Origin: Spirogloea muscicola | Lineage: Eukaryota | Direction: 5' to 3' | Assembly: GCA_009602725.1 (NCBI GenBank) | Contig: WELB01000001.1 | Span: 475,494-539,493 of the forward strand | Length of the DNA: 64,000 bases | In this document: positions 15,241 to 27,347 of the stretch, piece by piece | How positions within the stretch are numbered: position 1 is the first letter of the stretch | Layout of the letters: each line of letters opens with the position of its first letter | Program-made: the position numbers and the translations under genes | Notes under the pieces: generated by a model | Database searches by the model: none | Seen by the model: only the letters and a program-made list of their open reading frames with translations | Told to the model about the DNA's origin: nothing

Positions 15241-18200
15241 TCAAACCTGTCCTTCTGTCCAGCGAGGGAGCACATTCATGGCATCATTAAGTCGGGTGAT
15301 CAAGGTCACCTGCGCAAAACACAAAGCACATCAAAGTGAATCTCAGAACAATCACAGTCTGCTTTTTTGAGAGTCCTACAGCTGCTACATTGCAGCACCG
15401 CGACCAAAAACTGAGGTCGTCGTCAACGCCCTGCCTACCTGAAAGTACTCGGACAGAGTACTGGAAATTGGCATCTCTAAGCTGCGTTCTACTTTTGATG
15501 ACACGGCTCAATCACTCTAATCTTCACCAAATAACTTCTGGTTGTCACAAACAGCTGCCTGTCCTGCCCTATCAGATGCCAACCTTGCCATCACAAACAA
15601 AGAGCAAAGAAATCATGACTATTCACAAACATACCACTGTCTCTGGGGCCCCTGCTGGAGGTAGTGTGATGTTCTTGGGCGGTGCTCCTCCTGACCATTC
15701 TCGCTTGTCAAAGTGCCACCAACCCACCTTGCCAGGTGTGAATACGCCCTGGCAAGAACCCACCATGCAAGGTGCTACGTCAGAAGTATGTCAAGGCAGA
15801 AATAGCTTGCGCTAAATGCATCAGAGGTCCATCCTGCAGGAAAATCATCCAAGTCAACATAGAAACTCCTGCACGAAGCCCCAGCTTTGTCTGCGCATCT
15901 TTGAATATCTCCTTAACTTTGATAGGACAGTAAACTGCATTTCACACTCGCGGCAGTATGGTGAAGGAGCTCACATCCTGGGTGTAGTCGCACCCATAGG
16001 TGTAGTGGATGATATAGTTTTCAGCTAGGAGTGTGTCCCATGGTGGTTGCACCATGAAGTCCTTGCGGAGGATGTGATGTACACCATGCAGGGCCGACGA
16101 TACAGCATAGGCATACCTGTAAAGCAAATGATTACCTTCAGTCATGCTTTGAAGGAGGACAAGCACGTCAGACAAAGACGGTGATGATAGACGATTGCCA
16201 GAGTATCATACTATCGTTTACATGGTGTTTTGTTACTCTTGCAGTTGCCAGCTCCATAACAATATCTGTTGACAAAGCATTCACCTATGGTGTCGGTTTC
16301 ACACGGAGATAACTCACATTTCAAGCACCCAGCCAAAGACCTCATCTGCTTCTGGATCACTCTTCATAGCCAGAGACATGTTGTGCCATGTGGGTGCAAT
16401 CGTTTCTAGATCTTTCTGGAGCACGTAAATACAGTCCAAAAGAACGTCAGTTGCTAGCAGTGCTCCAGTGTGTGACCAACCTCCTGACACTGTGGTGGCA
16501 TAGAAGCGCCAAAAAAGTAGGGCCCCGGCACCTCTGTGGACTATTTACCTGACATAGGCACTAAAGATACTTCAATATAAGCAATACAGCACTGAACATG
16601 CTTTGTTGCTTCAGTCCAAGTGCTAGTTGCTCATGCAGTAATGTAGGTCACCACAAGGACCCTGACGTGGCTCCAATTCATGCTCCCTCGTTATGACTAG
16701 GTGACTAGCAAGTGCAGGTGACTAGCACGTGCAGTAACAACTACATGCTAGCAAGTGTCATGGGTCTGCAAAGATGACCAGGCCCACCTTCTTGATGATT
16801 ACAGGCGAATTGCCAATTGGGTCAATGTTGGTCACAGGTCCGAGCTCCTCAGGGTAGAATTTCCTCACAATTTCTGCGTAATATGGAGAGGGAGACATTC
16901 TTCAGCACTTGCCCTTAAGGCACCGGCTGCACACGCAGATACGTCTTTTGGGCAGATTCATAAGAATCTGTCCTCATCGGACTACACAGATGACCCACAA
17001 CCATATCCTGGAGCCTAAAAGCAACGACCAAGAAGAAGTGCTTCAGGGCCACTGATGAATACAATCTGAGACAGATGACAAAGCTACTTACTCTCATTTT
17101 CTTTGGGAGTAATGTAGAAGAAAGGGAAGGCAGCTGGCATGAATTCTGTTGCAAGATTGGGTAGGGGCCTCACAAATATGTGGTCGGGCTCTGCCATCAA
17201 GACGTATCTGTGCCAGAATCCAGAACACATCGTCTTTACTTCAGGACTTGTGATAGTTTGTCTGTATTTATTTTTAAATACCTGTCCTAGTCAACCTGAC
17301 CTTGGTGTAAGATGCTTCTGTACAAATCCTACTTCTACTGAGCAATATTGTAGGCTTGATGCGTGCCCATGGCTCAAGCCACAACAAGAGCATTACAGGG
17401 CAGCATCTTACTCCTCTTCAATTGTTGCTTTCTTCACCCACTGCACAAATGCCCAAGGTCGATTGAGCACAACATAGCCCTGCAAAAGCAAGCTGTGCAC
17501 TGTTGAGACAGCCTGATGTCAACCCTTCCAGCTGCAGTGATCCCTACAGCATACCTTTACTGCTGAAAACCTTCCACCTCGAGATGTTCAAGCTGCTAAT
17601 AATGCCCTAAGAAAGCAACTGACAATCCACTAAGCGTGACAATGGATGGAGAACAACGTGCAGCAAGTCACTAAAAAAGGTTGCTCACAAGACCAAAGTA
17701 AGCTGCTCATAAAGCACCAATACAGACCTTATCCATGCCGGGTGGCAAAGGATCCACAACAAATGTTGGAATCTCCTCCATCATGTTGTCTGCTTGTCCA
17801 GAGTGCAATATTCTCGTGAAGCCGCCCATCTCAGACTCGGGCATCTTAGCAAAGTGCTTATACCAGTGGTACATTATACGGCATTGCCATTTGTTGTAGG
17901 GGGACTCGTTGGCAGTCACGAGGGTGTGGAACATCCTCTTCTGCTTGGGCGCTAGCGTCGTGGCCGGCCTAATGACGACAGGGTGGTCCTCAGGGACTGT
18001 GTCCTGCTGCTGGCGACTATCTGGTACAGTGCAGGTAAGCACACAAGAGACCATCAGCTGCGATCAAAGTCTGTAGAGGCTAACAGTAGCTGTACTCAAG
18101 AGGCCTCCTGATGTTAAGTCACAGTGCACCTCCACTGACAGAATGACGCGCGTGCTGGTGCTGGCAGCTGCGTCACAAGCCTCATGCAGACTGGTGGTGG

Positions 18201-18606
18201 GAGATTACCTGATCCTGACGCTCCACCACCTCGCCGTCCTCCGAGTACTCGCTTGGCAGCGATGACTGAGGCCCCTGAGGCGTCATCTGTCACCACATCC
18301 ACCGTACCACCAGGAACCCCTGTCTCCATGCTGGCTCCATCGTGGCTGGCGTGCTTACCCGAGTGCGAGAACACCACATTCATGGTGTTGTATGTCGCAA
18401 TGAAGGAAGATATTCTGCAGCGCACGCACGCTGTGTCAATGCCAGGACAGGCGAGCTTCGATTGCTGGCCGAGCAAGATCATGCTGCTGCCCTCTCACCA
18501 AGCAGTAAAAGGTGGAATGCTAATGGCAACGAGCGACTACGATCGGCATGACGTCTCCAGAAGCTCACCCGACGATGATAAGGAACGGCACCGCCAGCCG
18601 AGTCAT
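15241..18606 (-). CDS. HPAT: Hydroxyproline O-arabinosyltransferase (GT95; HPAT/RDN1 family)
   Basis: N-terminal signal anchor MTRLAVPFLIIVG/ISSFIATYNT; FHTLVTANESPYNKWQCRIMYHWY; MGGFTRILHSG..MEEIPTFVVDPLP; GYVVLNRPWAFVQW; LMAEPDHIFV; PIGNSPVII; FGWVLEMYAYAV; HYTYGCDY; WHFDKR; TGA at 15241-15243. Confidence 0.95.
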
Positions 18607-19041
18607 CTTGACAGGCCCGGCGCTGGCGCGGCGTTAGCGGCGGGCGTCGTTCGGCGGCCCGGGCTCAAGCCCGGCCGACTGGCTGCAGGTGGCAGAAGGC
18701 GAGCTCCGCGCCGTGCGCGCCCGGCGCCGCGCTCTGGCGACGTCGCTCGCGCNGGCGACGGGCCCGCGACGGGGCCGTTTCGAGGCGGGTGGAGGAAGGT
18801 GAGACTGGGGCCCACTCGCCGTTCCGTCGCCGAATACAGGGGGCGGCTGGAGGCCCCCTCCGCCGCCCATGTGATAATAATGACCGAGGCCCCCTTTTTA
18901 ATACAGCAACTTTCTTTTGCCACGGACGGAACGGCGGAGAAGGGGCCGTCAGACTGCCGACAACGAACCCCGTCGCCGCGGCTCGAGCCGTCGGCGCAGC
19001 CTGCGGCGGCGGCGGCGGCGGCTTCGGCGGCTGCGGCGGCA

Positions 19042-22000
19042 ATGGCGGCGCCCGTCACGGAGGCCTCCAACGAGCTGGCGCAGGAGCTGGACGCCGCCGG
19101 CGCCCAGGGCATCGTGCGCGTGCTGCGCGCCTGCGACGGCCAGGCCTTCGCCGGCTACCGCTCCTTCCCCGGCCTCCAGGACGCCGAGGTGCGGCGTGAG
19201 GAGGCTCAGCAGCTTAAGATGATGGCAGTAGTGTCCGCTGCAGAGCTGGTGACGCAGAAGAAGGAGCGAGCGTCTTCTGTGGTTGAGCTTGACGAAGCTG
19301 ACTCCGCTCGCTGCTCATCAGGACCTTCTTGTTCCTCATCCAGATACAAGAAGCCGTCGATGCTCTCACTGCTATTGCTGTGGACATCCTAGCTTCTCCT
19401 CAGGTAAGTCAATTCTGCATTACCTGCCCATGACAGCATTGGTCTGGTCGTCTATTTGCAGCTCATTCCCATGTCAGCACGCCGCACTTGCTCGATGCCT
19501 GCCGAGCTCCTCAACGTATCTATTGTATTGGATTCATTTCCTGCTCTTAGACCGTAAGCTGGACTGTGTCAATCTGCAGCATGTTCACGTTATTTTGTGT
19601 CAGAAGGCTGCTGGCATTGCCACCCCTGTGACCTTGCCATTTGCTGTTGTTGTGTTGACGGCATACTTGTCTACATGTGCCATTTGAGGTTGTTGCTGTT
19701 TTCGTCAACTGTGTCCGCCCATAGTAGACTGAGATTCATGAGCTGCTTCACATCTTGCAGGACAGTGGAGTGATAATATCTGGAGCAGGCACAAGTGGCC
19801 GGCTAGCCTATTGTGCGGCTAGAAGTTACAACAAGCTACTGAGTAGGCGTGGGCTTCCTCGCTCCTTTCACCACCTCATTGCAGGTGGAGATGACGCTTT
19901 GTTGGAGGTAACATTCAGTGCTAACTCGCACGTCATGCTGCTGCCAAGCTGAACGTTTAGATGCACGTACTTTATAAGTCATTTTGGGCTGCGCAGAGCA
20001 GTGCCTGTGCCTATATGACGTGCATGCCTAAGGGAATCAAAACTGGCAAGTGTATTGACATCCGGATTGGCAACATGTAGCAGCTTACATAGCTAACAGG
20101 AAGCAAGCACTGCTTACTTAGGCACCTACGAAATAGAGAGGCACCTCTTGCAGGCTGCTTGAGCCTCAATAGAGCGCTGACTAGAATGCTGAGTACGGTG
20201 GCAGCAGGTGCAGGAGGGTGCAGAAGATGATGCAGCTAAAGCGGTGGAACGTTTGCAAGAGCTTGAAAGAAGGGGTACACCTTTCGGCAAGCAGTACAAC
20301 CGCCTCATCTTTGTGAGTCTGCTGGCTTTATATTGACACTTGTAGGAGATTAGCCTTTCAAGTTGGAATGCTGCTTATGAGCTCTATCTGCTGGAAATAC
20401 AACAATTCCTCAGAGCAGTGGATGTTGCTTAGTCGTACATTGGACATCCCTTTCCAGTGGTGATTCTGTAGCTGGGAGGGGGTGGATTGGAGCAGTTGCA
20501 GCTTGACGTGATCACAGCAGTCATGTCAACTGCTGCTAATCTCATGCTGGACCTTCTCTTGTGCCATCAGCTCCAAGTCGAAGCACTGCAATCATGATGA
20601 TGTGAAGCAGTGAGCTTCTTTGAGCAGGTTGGCATAAGCTGTGGATTGAGTGCCACAAGTGTGGCAGCCCAGGTGCAGGTGAGTTGGTCAGCCACTTTCC
20701 GAAGGAGCCGTTGTAGATTGTTCCCTGCATGTTGACGTTTTCCGGCTCTTGAAGCTCACGGCTACGTATCATTCCATGCTCCTGGGCCTGCAGTATGCCA
20801 TGTCAAAGTCGCACTACGCCGTTGCATTGATTGGCTTCAACCCTGCTACTGCAGCTCGAAGGGTCAAGGTATGTCGATCACAATGATCTCTTGCAGTCAG
20901 CTGAGATAAGGCCCCCACAGTGGCACAGATGGACTCTGCTTTGCAAGTTCAGTGACGATTGTCATGCTGCTTACATTTCTTCGCTGCCCCTTGCTACTGA
21001 TGTGCACACTGCAGGTACAGGGTTTTGGCCATAATGTTCTTGATGTAGTCACACAGTTGAAGAGATCTGCAGACATGCAAGTCATGGATGACCGAAGGCA
21101 TTTTCTGATAAACCCTGTGGTGGGGCCGGTGAGCATGTGCCTCCAGAGCTTCGCTCATCTAGTGCATGATAGCAGGATGTCTATATTCTGAAGGTCTTGC
21201 CAAAGCTGTGCCGTGCTTAAATTTGGCGTAGTTTCGTGTGAAGCGGGGCTGACGAGTGCTACTTTCAGGAGGCAATAACAGGGTCTACCAGGCTGAAAGG
21301 AGGCTCCGCCACAAAGATCTTGTTAGATATTATATTTGGACGGGCACTATTGAGGCTGTTACAGCTACCACTCCTTGGGAAAGGTAAGAAAGACACTTGC
21401 TTGAATATCATATGGCAATGTCGACAAATTTTAAGGTATTTAATTGTTCTTCTGCAGAGCTAATGGCTGACTGCTTGCATTGTCCATTCAGCACCTGTCA
21501 CTCGGCAGGTTGCCTCGAGCATGATCAACGGCTCCCTTCAGACATCTACACCAACTGTCAGCCATACAGCTTTATCTGGACGATTCAGGAGCCCAGTATG
21601 TGCACCTGCATCCTACTACCACACGCTGCTGGCCTACGAGGGTGTCTACCGTGCTGCCTATACCTGCCTTGCGTCCACAGCTGTGAGCAGCCCTAGAGCT
21701 TCTGCAGCTCATTACTGTCATATACATAAGGGCATGCAAATATATCTGTCCAGGGAATGCCACTGCTTATTCATGGGTGCCACTGCTTTTAGCCTGTTCA
21801 ATGCTGACTGTGCAATCAGATAGTGAGGTGAACCATGTATTGCTCTCATGCAGGCCTTAGTGGAGGAAGCCTCAGATTCTCTTCAAGCTGGAGGAAGCAT
21901 CTACTATATAGGTGGCACAAGTGGCGGCCTTGTTGGCCTCATTGGTATATGTCAGCATCTCTTAAAGGCCAACTTAGACAGGGGAACTAAAGAACCCAGA

Positions 22001-23683
22001 AGGCAGTGTGTAGATGTGTATGAGTTGGCACACATACATCCCTAAATGATCGAGAATTGCTGCCAGCACTACAAACCGGCATCATTTGGAAGAAACTCTG
22101 TGAATAGCTAAATGAATTCTGTCAAATATTGAAAGTTCAATTGTTGGTGAAAAGTGTTGCCCCCTGACCTTCTGATTGTCCTCTTTGCCTTGTCAGTGAT
22201 GCCATCATCTTCACTGCTGATTATTGCTGCTTTTATGCTTGCTCTTTGCAGATGCGGTTGAGCAAGTCCCTACTTTCGGCGCTCTGCCTGAGCACGTGCA
22301 AGGCTTCATTGCTGGCGGGTGGCCAGCATTGTCAAGTGCGATTGCACCTGCAGCTCATGATAGCAGAAGAAATGCTTCCTCTTTGGCGTGCACCTCGCCT
22401 GCGGGACTGACCGGCACTGATAAAGCAGCTGCTGTAACAAGAGCTGATGGAAATGTAGATGCTAAGCTGGATGAGGAGAACCCGTCCATGTCCGCCTGCG
22501 ATGTAATAGTAGCATCTTCATCTAGGGCTGGTGATGCTAAAGAAGGCAGTCATGTGGGAGCACCAAGTGACATGACAAGGGTGCAGGCCACAGCAGATCG
22601 CCAGGAAGAACATGTACCTGAGAATGGCTTGCAGTCGGGATTGCCAGATGAGAGTGAGGGGCCTGGAGCCCCCCTCAGTGCTGCAAGAGTCTCCACCAAG
22701 CACTTCGTCTCAGTAGTCCTGCCAAGAGCCAGGTAAGTGCCTACAGAAGCTGTTGGTTGTGATAGTCGAAGTTTATGGCAGTGTTGGACGCTGCTGCATC
22801 AGCTTCTCTCTTGCAGAAGTGGTGCGCTGCATGGGCGACTGATGCCCGCAAGTAAGAGATAAGACAAGCTCATCTTTGACTTGGAACTGCTATTGATATT
22901 TGTATCAGGCACTACGACACAATCATTGTTTTGCACGCCTCGGAGGATGACGATCTGCCGCCTTCCTTAGTCTCAGCCATTCTTCAGAAGAAGCAGGGCA
23001 AAGGCATCCAGCTTGCGCTTGTGACAGTGGGCACAGTTGAGCATGACAGGCTGTTGTGCATTGACTTTGAGGTACCAAAGGGGACCAGAGGATGGGGCTT
23101 TCAGGACGAAAAGCCTCTGCCAGCTGCGTCTCCGCCCTTGGGCCTGGAATCTGTGGCCGACATCATTGTCAGGGTGGAGTTGCCGGCCGCCTGCGCAGCA
23201 CCTCTGCTGCCGCGGTTACACTCCCTTGCGGAGCTTGCTATCAAGTATGTCACGAACGCCATCAGCACCGGAGCTCACGTCCTAATTGGCAAGGTATACA
23301 GGTCCCTCATGGTGGACCTGAGGATCACCAACAGCAAGCTCCTCCACCGCGCGGCCCACATTGTGGCGGAGCTCATCAGTCTGTCGGAGGCAGGGGCCAT
23401 GGAATACGTGGTGCGCGCCATCTACACTGACGACATACTCGGCTTGGGCTTGACATATGAGGATGTGCGGCTTCTCCCAGCGTCGGAGCACATACTTAGG
23501 GCCAGCAGAAGCAGACGCATCGTCCCCCTGGCGCTGCTTCTGGCGACCGGCCTTTACTCTGTAAGGCAGGCTGCCGACATGGTCGGAAAGCCTGTAAGCG
23601 TGCGGACGCTGATTGAGGCAGACCTTGCTGCTCGCAAGAGCAAGCTCGGTGGAAAAACTATCTCCGGCTCGCTAGCAATCTAA
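19042..23683 (+). CDS. GCKR: Glucokinase regulatory protein-like / tandem-fused MurQ (N-acetylmuramate-6-phosphate etherase)-like protein with two SIS domains; about 11 exons
   Basis: PVTEASNELAQELDAAGAQGIVRVLRACD; VIISGAGTSGRLA; HLIAGGD; QEGAEDD; VGISCGLSATSVAAQ; LIGFNP; LINPVVGPEAITGSTRLKGGSATKILLD; GGSIYYIG..GLVGLIDAVEQVPTFG..VQGFIAGG; ELAIKYVTNAISTGAHVLIGKVYRSLMVDLRITNSKLLHRA. These blocks are collinear with vertebrate GKRP as recalled. Confidence 0.88.
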
Positions 23684-24061
23684 CCAGCACCCAAATCTTC
23701 CCAAGTATGACTTGCATCAATGGCAAAAGTCTCCTGTGAGGTCTGCTGAATGTTGAGCGTCAAGATCAGACACGATGTGGTTGGCAAGTTGCAGAAGGCA
23801 ATAAGCACAGTATGGACATTAGTGCAATGTACAGTATGGACAGCAAGAGTTGCTCTGCTTGAAGTGACCCAAATTGCTAACCCATAATCTGCCAGGCTAT
23901 TGGTAGCCGATGGTAGCCAAGCTTTGGCCGACACCTCAGCAGGCTTCTCGCCTCTTGAATTCTGTATGTGTGTTCTTGAATGCACCAGGCAGTATTCCTG
24001 AGCCTGCCGTTGTTGCCAGCATTCCTCCTCAATTTTTACCCCTTTTGATGTTCTCGCGTGG

Positions 24062-26448
24062 TTATGTAGCCCTCACAGCCAGCACCTCCAGCTTGTCACC
24101 AACCTCAATGTAGGTTGGCTTCAGCGCTGCCTCGTTGCAGTTAGCAGAAGTAAAGTAGGCGCCCAGGTATACCTGCACAGGCAGCAAAGTCACGAGTCAT
24201 TGACTATCCAAGCATTAGTCAGGTTGGCAGGATTGCAGTAGCTCTCTGTGTAGAAGTGGCTCAATGCCATTTGCTTCAATAGAATAAAGCCAAGCCATAG
24301 TTCAACGTCTTCACAACTTGACAGACAAGGCAGGACAAGGCGAGCATGTCAATGGCAAGTCAATCATCTCCACTGTCAGAACGTCAACAGGATGCCCGCA
24401 GGCCACGGTGGCTCCATCCTGCAATACCTGTCTGGACTCGTGCTGGAGGAGTCCCAGGGCCTCGCCAGTCCGGAATGTTGCGAGGGTCTGCAGCCCGTTC
24501 TCCAAACCAGTGGATTGAGTGCACAAACAAGGGACGCAACTCTGAGCAAAACAATGTCACTTGCTCCGCATGACGCAGCTCAGCCTCGAAGGTGGCATAC
24601 CTGCAGGGCCACATTGCCTCAGACAATGCCCGACATCTTACCTTGGTCGGCTCTTCAGAGCCCAGACCCAGGCCTGTCTCCTGGTCCACAGTGGGCACCT
24701 AGAACACCAGCAGCAGCTGTTATGATAAGGCATGCGTGTGGAAAGTCGCAATGTGGCGCTCCATGGCTGCTTGTTTGGCCAGCGGCAAGCAAGAGGGGCC
24801 CGCACCTTGCACCGGGAGCACTCTTTTACGAAGACGAAGTTGGGGGACTCCGCGGGGTCCCTGCTTGCGCTGGTGATGCGGAGCTCGCGCCAGGTATCCT
24901 CCTCCCAGGCCTCTGGCCCGTCGAGAACGATGCTGTCACGAGGGCAATGGATCAAGGGAGCCCATCAGCAGCTTGCTGCAATCAATGCATCTATGGCTAT
25001 CAGCAGTTTAAAGGAGGATTGCATACAGTGCATCTTGTGCAAGGTTCACACTCATTCACCTCGGTCGGAAGCGGCTCATGGGCAGCGGAGCTGGCATCTT
25101 CGTGTTGAGGTCGGCATGGGTTGCCTGCGGGACATCTGATCGTGATGTCAAACCCTCTGCTGAATGCAGGATACTGAGCCACCAGAAGTCAGAATTGATA
25201 GCTGGAGGTGTATCAGGGGTACTTCGCAGCAACACTGCCAGGGAGGAGCTGCGCAAGACTTTTCGAGTTCATATTTTGCAACGTGGAGCTGTCCACCTTG
25301 GCTATCATGTGGAATTGCGACAGGTTCTGGAAGCCCGTGAGATGGCCCTTGGGAGCACGGTCAACCTGCCGCCTCGTGTTCTCTGCGTGCACATCCGTGC
25401 TGCAAATAAGCTGAGCCTCAATAACGGCCATCCTTTGTACCCCTTGCACACTTCATGCCCATCCTTTTCATTACATGGTCTTGCAAATGATCAGCTAGCC
25501 TGGGTCTTCAAGCAACACTTACACTACAGACGTTCACAATGTTGCACGTGCCCCACTCACTGGAGTCGAAGCGCACGAGGCGAAGGTCGAGGTCGAGAAC
25601 CCTGGAGAACCACGCGGCTGCCTCGTCGCCTTCGTCGTTCGCAACCCCCTGCCACATGGACCAGAACTTGATGCTGATGCTGCTGGCCTTCTCTGGCAGC
25701 TTCAGTGGCACTTTCAGGTTCGGCATCCCGGGTGCCATAATTTCTGCGCAGAATATGGAGTGCGCCCTCAGCTTGAAAACCATTTTCTGCGAGACATCTG
25801 CAGAACATAATTTGCACTGGCTATCGCACGACTACAAAGTCTGGAATTGGTTGTTACCAGGCTCTGGCCAACATCTGCAGGGGAAAGGTGCGCCGCTTAC
25901 CCATGATAGCGTCGTCTGGCAGCTCTTCGCCTGATGTTGCTGCCACTGGCAGGAGTGGCTGTATCGTTGCCATCTCGGGCTTGACGCGCTGCGTGAGCAT
26001 GCGGCCGGAGTCAGCGTAGACCACCATCCAGAAGCGGTCGTACAGCAGCCCTGGCAAAACCGCAGGAGGCGCAGAAGCCGTGGGCGAGTCAAAAAATCAC
26101 GCAGTTGATCACGACCAGCCGACTGAGCTCCCTCGCAATTTGCGAACACCCCATCATGGCTTAGCAACCAGTCTGACCTGCGGACTGTCCATGCACAACC
26201 CGCAATCCTGAGCCTTGCAAGCCTGACAATGCCGGGACATTGCCTACCTCGCGGACTCGAGGGTTTCGGGCTCGCTCCATACCAGTGGTGGAAAGCCGGG
26301 CTTTGGTGACGGCGAAGCCGCGGCAGGACTTGATGGGGTAGATATAGAGGTCGCTGACGGTGTGGCAGGCCAGCGGCGGCAGCGTCGCCACAGGGGTGCT
26401 GCTCGTACCCCACCCGCCAGTCCAGGACTTGGGCAGAAAGCTGGTCAT
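24062..26448 (-). CDS. mARC: MOSC_N + MOSC domain molybdoprotein (mARC / amidoxime reducing component-like)
   Basis: VSDLYIYPIKSCRG; GLLYDRFWMVV..RMLTQR; DEGDEAAAWFS; LNTKMPAPLPMSRFRP; VLDGPEAWEEDTW; KECSRCKMPTVDQETG; EPTKTLATFR; IEVGDKLEV; TAA at 24062-24064. An alternative in-frame ATG lies near 26811. Confidence 0.9.
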
Positions 26449-27347
26449 CGTGAGAGGAGCTGGAATGCCGTCGGCGAGTCGGGGTGCGGTGCTGCAGAAC
26501 TCGGGAAGCCGTGTGGCGCTCGGATGACGTGCACGAGAATGGGGTGGGCACTCTACGGCCGCAATGTGGGTGCTGGAAGTAGGCGAACGAAGCGCGGAGG
26601 AAGTGGGAATGACGTGAAGTGAGTTTGATGGGCAGCAATGCGGGCGCTGGCAGCAAGGAGTGGGAGGGCGGAGAGCGGGCGTCGCCGGCGGCGAGGTGGA
26701 GGAGCTGCAGGCAGTGAGGGAGGGAGGGAGGGAAGGGGAGGGGAGGGGGGGGCTGCAGCTTGGCGGGAGGGGCAGGTGTGGCGGGAAGGTGGGTGGGGGG
26801 GGGGCAGCCATGGCGGAGAAGGGAAGGCGCGCTGACGTCATGGGGCCTCGGAAGCTTCCACGCGCCGAAGGGCCGCGACTGCGGGCGAGTTACCGCGAGT
26901 GCGGACTCGGCAGGTGCTCGTGCCGTCTTTGCCGAGTTCAGGGATGCGCAGGGCAGGCCTGCCCCTAAAATTCACTTTCTCGTCGCTGCTAGATTTGGCA
27001 GTCTGTCGGATGCTCGTATTCTGCCCCTCCTTGGCCATTGAATCCGCAAATATTCTCGGTCTCACTGGCGGAGTTGGGAATGGCGGTGGAGAGGAGGCAT
27101 CGGTCCGCCGCGTTTGGAGATAAACGAGAGGCGGGAGGGGGATCCCGGGCTGCCGGGCAGTGTGAACGGCTCCCCGGCCGGGCGCCCCGAGCGGGCGCCC
27201 CAACCTCCCTCCCCCACCTCCCTCCTTCCAATCTCAGCACCCGTGTATTCTATTGTCAGCGGCCGCATCCTGTTGTCCTCCATGACCGCGCCAGCCGCAG
27301 CGCCGGCCTGAGGCGCCCGAGCCGCCGCCGCCGCCGCCGCCGCCGCC

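Noticed and set aside
18184..19392. 402-aa plus-strand ORF
   Set aside because: Mostly antisense to HPAT exons and across the promoter and an n; only the part from 19042 is GKRP-like exon 1.
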